Source: Eledone cirrhosa
Taxonomy: Eukaryota
Reading direction: 5' to 3'
Assembly: GCA_964016885.1 (NCBI GenBank)
Contig: OZ024747.1
Location: forward strand, 21,452,001 to 21,516,000
DNA length: 64,000 bases
Shown: piece by piece, positions 58,427-64,000 of the stretch
Layout: the number at the start of each line of letters is the position of its first letter
Position numbering within the stretch: the first letter of the stretch is position 1
Program-made: the position numbers and the translations under genes
Notes under the pieces: generated by a model
The model's database searches: none
The model's input: only the letters and a program-made list of their open reading frames with translations
What the model was told of the DNA's origin: nothing

Positions 58427-58975
58427 TCATCATCATCATCATCATCATTTCATTTTACGTCTACTTTTTCCCTGCTTGCAAGGGTGGGACGGGAACTGAT
58501 TCTGGCTTGATTTCTACAGCTGGATGCCCTTCCTAACACCAACCTCATTTACAGTGAGTGCTGGGTGCTTTTTTGCCATGGCACCTCCATGACCACTTTG
58601 CAGTGGAATGATATGGACCCCAGTCCCTATCATCTCATTTCTACAGCTGAGTAAACTGGAGCAATGTGAAATAAAGTGTCTTGCTCAAGGAAACAACACA
58701 TCACCTGGTCTGAGAATTGAACTCACAACCTTTCGATTGCAAGGCCAATGCTCTAACCACTAAGCCATGTGCCTCCATATATATATATATAATTATAGAA
58801 GATATAGAATGCCAAGCACAGAAAATAACTGCTATTTCAGGCAGTTCCTATAAAATAACTTACAAAAATCAGGTCCCTTAGCTCAATGATGAGAATACTC
58901 AGAAGTTGTTTATATATATATATATATAATGCATACATACACTCACACACATATATAAATATGTATATATTATAG

Positions 58976-59180
58976 AGTCAGGGCCCATTATAATATAACC
59001 ATATTCTACTACCCCAAGTATCAAATACTCTGTTGAGTAATGGTTTAATTAGTTTTAAACTGGTTCTATAATATGTATATATTATAGAGTCAGGGCCCAT
59101 TATAATATAACCATATTCTACTACCCCAAGTATCAAATACTCTGTTGAGTAATGGTTTAATTAGTTTTAAACTGGTTCTA
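58976..59180 (+). repeat. 110-bp tandem duplication of a pLTR-like tail
   Basis: 58976-59068 is repeated at 59086-59180; similar to CTACTACCCTAAGTATCGAGTACTCTG at about 43667. Confidence 0.8.
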
Positions 59181-59364
59181 TCCTGATATATAGTCCACAC
59201 TATAAATGTGGTTGGTGTTAGGAAGGGCATCCAGCTGTAAAAAACCTGCCACAGACACTTCCGTAAAAGCGAGACACGGTCTCCCGACCATTCCTGCATC
59301 AAATGGAACAAAACCGTCTAACCCATGCTAGTATGGAAAATGGACGTTAAACGATGATGATGAT

Positions 59365-59407
<43 letters not shown>

Positions 59408-59488
59408 CAGGAAAGAAGAGTGACACGGTTTGCTATACAAAAAAGGTTGTTAATCTCATTGCTGACAATTGTTTCTTTGAACTGGTAG

Positions 59489-59563
<75 letters not shown>

Positions 59564-59709
59564 ATATTTAATGTCTGGAAACAGAAAAAAATCTGAACAT
59601 TTTGTTTCTTTGTGTCTCCTCTTTGTTCTGTTTTACATCATCTTGTCTTTTCAAAAGAAGACATATTGTGTAAAACAGAACAAAGAGGGGACACAAAGTA
59701 ACAAAACTA

Positions 59710-59752
59710 GTCACTGAAGAGATCACAGAATGTGTATTGAAAGTGCTTTGAC
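59710..59752 (+). ncRNA. Minimal hammerhead (CUU site) following a 50-bp fold-back
   Basis: GTCA-CTGAAGA-GATCACAgaaTGTGTATT-GAAA-GTGC-TT-TGAC; arms at about 59600-59650 / 59657-59706. Confidence 0.7.
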
Positions 59753-59929
59753 AATCAACAACTAAGCATCCATCCGGTTATTAAAGTAACCGACTGGGAA
59801 AATATAATAATAAACTGAAGTGAAACTGAACAGGTGCATGTGTTTTTATTGGCAGCATGACCCTCCCAAAGTATCAACACACACTTTCAGATAAAAAATC
59901 TTGCATAATAAATATAAAAACGAAGTGTG

Positions 59930-59989
<60 letters not shown>

Positions 59990-60081
59990 CTGTCTTGTCT
60001 CAAATGGGACAACTCGTCTTAGCCATGTTAGAATGGGAAATGGATGATGATGATGTTCTATATATATATATATATATATAA

Positions 60082-60147
<66 letters not shown>

Positions 60148-60150
<3 letters not shown>

Positions 60151-60612
60151 GAAGTTCTATTTAAATTGTTGGGATACAACAAGCAAATATTTTTATAACT
60201 GATATAAAGCACTCAACAAATCATTGGAGTAAAAATACGATATATTAACAAATGGAAACTATATTTATAAAACCATATTTATTTCATTATACATATTTCA
60301 AGGACACCAAGTTAAATTATGGTGTGCTTTCATCAGATAAAATATAATATAGATCAGTTTTATAAATAAATATTGACATACCCTTAAAGAATGCGACCAT
60401 TTCTGTTGGAAGCTCCCGGGAAGCTATACGGGAGCTTCCAACAGAAATGGTCGCATTCTTTAAGGGTATGTCAATATTTATTTATAAAACTGATCTATAT
60501 TATATTTTATCTGATGAAAGCACACCATAATTTAACTTGGTTTTCCTTGAAATATGTATAATGAAATAAATATGGTTTTATAAATATAGTTTCCATTTGT
60601 TAATATATCGTA
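60148..60612 (-). mobile_element. PLE-like fold-back with hammerhead in both arms
   Basis: Arms 60236-60418 / 60429-60612; tail 60148-60235. TTTAT-CTGATGA-[stem II]-GAAA-TATGTA-TA-ATGAA at 60506-60565(+) and 60283-60341(-). Confidence 0.87.
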
Positions 60613-61350
60613 TATATATATATGTATAAATATATATATATGTATAAATATATATATATATATACTCACAACCCAACCCCCCACATACAACACACATTCA
60701 TATATATATGTGTATGTTTGTATGTGTGTGTATGTGTGTACAGTGATATTCTGTACAACATATTATTTTGTATGACATACTACATATGAATATTTAATAT
60801 AATGTTTCACATCTGCTGGCCATCTGATTTCCTCAAAAGTACATGGCTTTTCTTGTCTTTCTAGAAAACATTTCTCCCGAGTTTGTGCTTTCTTTTGTTG
60901 AAAGTTTTGTTGAGGAGTTTTTAGCAAAATCTGTGTTGGAAAATATGTGTGTATGCAACAATAGAAATATTTTTTGTATATATTTATCCCATGGTTGTGA
61001 TCTTTCAAACAAATTTTTTTTTATGGTATATTAACATCATCATCATTTGACATTCAAAGGTACACATTGAACTTATATATGAAGGATGTACCCTATGGGT
61101 AGGCAAGGTAATCAGTGTCTTTCCAAACTATTGGCTACTCAATATATATATATATATACACTTCACAGTTTGTAGAATTGTTACAGATCATATAACATTT
61201 CAACACAACTGGATTTTAACATTTTATTTCGTATATTCAGAAGTACTTTTGTATCTGTTAAACATTACCACTTTATCTTGATGAATATATAGAAAGAAAG
61301 ATAGATAGATAGATTTATAGGTACATACATACATAAATACATACTTACAT

Positions 61351-61819
61351 AAAGAATACTGGTGGAACCTGAAAATAAAAACTGCCACCAAATTAAAGCA
61401 CAACTGGCCTGATATTGTTGTTTGGGACCACACATTGAAAACGTGTTCTGTTGTAGAGATCAGCTGCCCACTTGATGTAAACGTTGTCAGAAAAATACAG
61501 AAGGAGGACATCTACGGACCATTGATGAGGAGTTTACAAATCCAGTATCCAAGATACACCTTTAGCTTCATACCCATCATTATTGGAGCTACGGGTTATA
61601 TACCAACCCGCTTGGACCAATGTATAACTGAACTTGGATTTGCGGACAAAGGGCGCAGCTCCCTAATTCATAGTCTACAAATGGCTGCGATAGCTGGCAC
61701 CTTCAAAGTTTGCAAAACATTCTTGCGATTCAAGGGATGACAATTTCTTTTCTTTTACAACCTTGCCACCAGGAAGGTGACCGGTCAAAAAAATATACTC
61801 AAAATTAAGAGAAAGAGAG
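61351..61819 (+). mobile_element. 5'-truncated R4/Dong-type non-LTR retrotransposon (restriction-like endonuclease) in (CATA)n
   Basis: The frame 61351-61740 reads EYWWNLKIKTATKLKHNWPDIVVWD...VEISCP.D.NV..K....Y...IPIIIGATG, a PD-(D/E)xK RLE. (CATA)n lies on both sides. A shorter second copy is at 61857-61949. Confidence 0.85.
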
Positions 61820-62045
61820 ACATACATACATGCATAAATACATACATACATACATATGGACAAAAAGCACAGCTCCCTAATCCATAGACTACTAATGGCA
61901 ACGATATCTGGCGCCTTCAAAATTTGCAGAATTAAGAGAAAGAGAAAACATACATACATACACACACTTTTATTCTCATTAAAAAAATTGCAACAAATAA
62001 AACTGGTCTCTAAAAAGAAAAACCTATCAGTTATGAGAATTCAGT

Positions 62046-62265
62046 TTAACCCTTTCATTACCATACATCTAATGATTTTCCATTAATTTTGTTGATAATA
62101 AAAATATTGGAATGATTTGGTTATATGCTTAACTTTATCATAATATTTAGCATCACATAAAATGATGACAGAAAGTCTTTAGGTAAATAGAAACATTTTA
62201 AAGCAAACAGTTTTGTATAATAAAACCAGGGGTGGATTCAGGCAGTTTGGTATCAAGAGGGTTAA
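62046..62265. mobile_element. TTAA-flanked MITE (piggyBac-like ends)
   Basis: TTAA-CCCTTTCATTACCA ... TGGTATCAAGAGGG-TTAA. Confidence 0.7.
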
Positions 62266-62699
62266 TTTATTTGGCATCACATACAGATGAAAAAAAAAAG
62301 TCTGTATAATGTTTATGTATAGAGTTAGCTGAATTGGGAGTGTCTGTTTACATCTTTATAGAGTGCAGAATAACTATAGAGTTACCTAAAAACAGTAAAC
62401 TTATGACATGTGAGAAACAGCAGACAAATCTCTCAAATTATAGCCTCCAGTCATAAAATTTGCAGGAGTTAAATTAAATGGGGTGATTGTTATTTCTTTA
62501 ACATTTTTTTTCCACATCCTTGTGGAATTCAGATTAACTCTATAATTTCATACAATCTTATAATCTTGAGAAACTGCTGTCAAATATTCCTCATTGCTCA
62601 CCCTGCCTATCTTTAAAAAACAGGAGAAATTAATTTGATTTATGGGCATTTTTGCTGTCATGTTCTTCTGACCATCTCTTTGGCCTGCCCCCCCCCCCT

Positions 62700-62734
<35 letters not shown>

Positions 62735-63052
62735 TGGTAATAAAGCAGTTGTTTTGAATTTTCTTTATTTTTGTATTTTTATATTGTGGTGTTTCAATAT
62801 TAGGGAAGTTCTTGTTTTGTTAAGTTTATTAGCCTAGCATATCTAGATATCAGTAATGGGTTTATCATAGTATGATATAATAGTGTAATATTTATAGTTC
62901 TTATTTGGTATTGTTAAGGTTACAGCACAATGTAAGCTTCCAGAGGGGTAATGTGTTAGTCTTTTCACAGTCTAGTTGGTATGGTTTGGTCTGTCTATAA
63001 ATGTGAGATTTGTAGTATTTAATAAGTAAATGTAATTAAAGGTATGAATACT

Positions 63053-63190
<138 letters not shown>

Positions 63191-63401
63191 GTAATAATAA
63201 TAAAATTGAAGACTAAAATCCAAAGAGGGCTCGATTGAAAGCAGCGATTCTTTGCTTAAACTTTAATCTGTTATATTAATAAATATATATATATATATAT
63301 ATATTTATTAATATAACAGAGTTGGCACCCTTAACTCACAGTTGGGTGCGGATGCATTCATGTATATATGTGTGTGTCCGCATGTATCTGTGTGTTTTTA
63401 A

Positions 63402-63456
<55 letters not shown>

Positions 63457-64000
63457 ATATATATATATATATATTGGAGGCACATGGCAATCGAAAGGTT
63501 GTGAGTTCAATTCTCAGACCGGGTGATGTGTTGTGTCCTTGAGCAAGACACTTTATTTCACATTGCTCTAGTTTACTCAGCTGTAGAAATGAGATGATAG
63601 GGACTGAGGTCCATATCATTCCACTACAAAGTGGTCGTGGTGGTGCCACGGCAAAACAGCACCCAGCACTCACTGTAAAATGAGGTTGGTGTTAGGAAGG
63701 GCATCCAGCTGTAGAAATCAAGCCAGAATCAGTTCCCGTCTCACCCTTGCAAGCAGGGAAAAAGCGGACGTAAAAATGAAATGAATGAAAAATGAAATGA
63801 ATATAAAAATTGGTCGTTTTGGAAGCCTCAACAATGCAGATGGGTAAATCTCCGGGTAACAGAATCCAGTGGTGAAGAGAGAGATGTAAGAGGAAATGTA
63901 GAATGAGATGTATAGGAACGTAGGAAAGAGCATAAAAATAAAAATAATAACATGGGATAGAGTTACTAGTATTGAAGTTTGCTTGAAGCATTGTGGAATA

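Overview
This is AT-rich, repeat-saturated eukaryotic non-coding DNA (intronic or intergenic). The repeat landscape of long (TA)n tracts, RTE LINEs with (GAT)n tails and tRNA-derived SINEs suggests a coleoid cephalopod such as Octopus; that assignment is an inference. No host protein-coding gene can be supported, and nearly all listed ORFs are microsatellite artefacts. The real coding remnants are all from transposons: 5'-truncated RTE LINEs (RT with an embedded C4HC3 PHD-like finger), a DD37D (maT) Tc1/mariner element with TIRs, an R4/Dong-type restriction-like endonuclease sitting in (CATA)n, a CR1/L2 3' end that has spawned a 34 x 61-bp minisatellite, and Penelope-like (PLE) GIY-YIG fragments. 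The most striking signal is about 18 type-I hammerhead ribozyme motifs from roughly a dozen different sequence families. They lie in Penelope-type pseudo-LTRs inserted almost always in (TA)n tracts, often as asymmetric fold-back palindromes with an unpaired 3' tail. They include U3:A8 core covariants and versions with stem II extended to about 90-115 nt. Short (TA)n-adjacent flanks are also repeatedly re-copied locally. All coordinates and folds were read by eye; ribozyme activity is predicted, not demonstrated.
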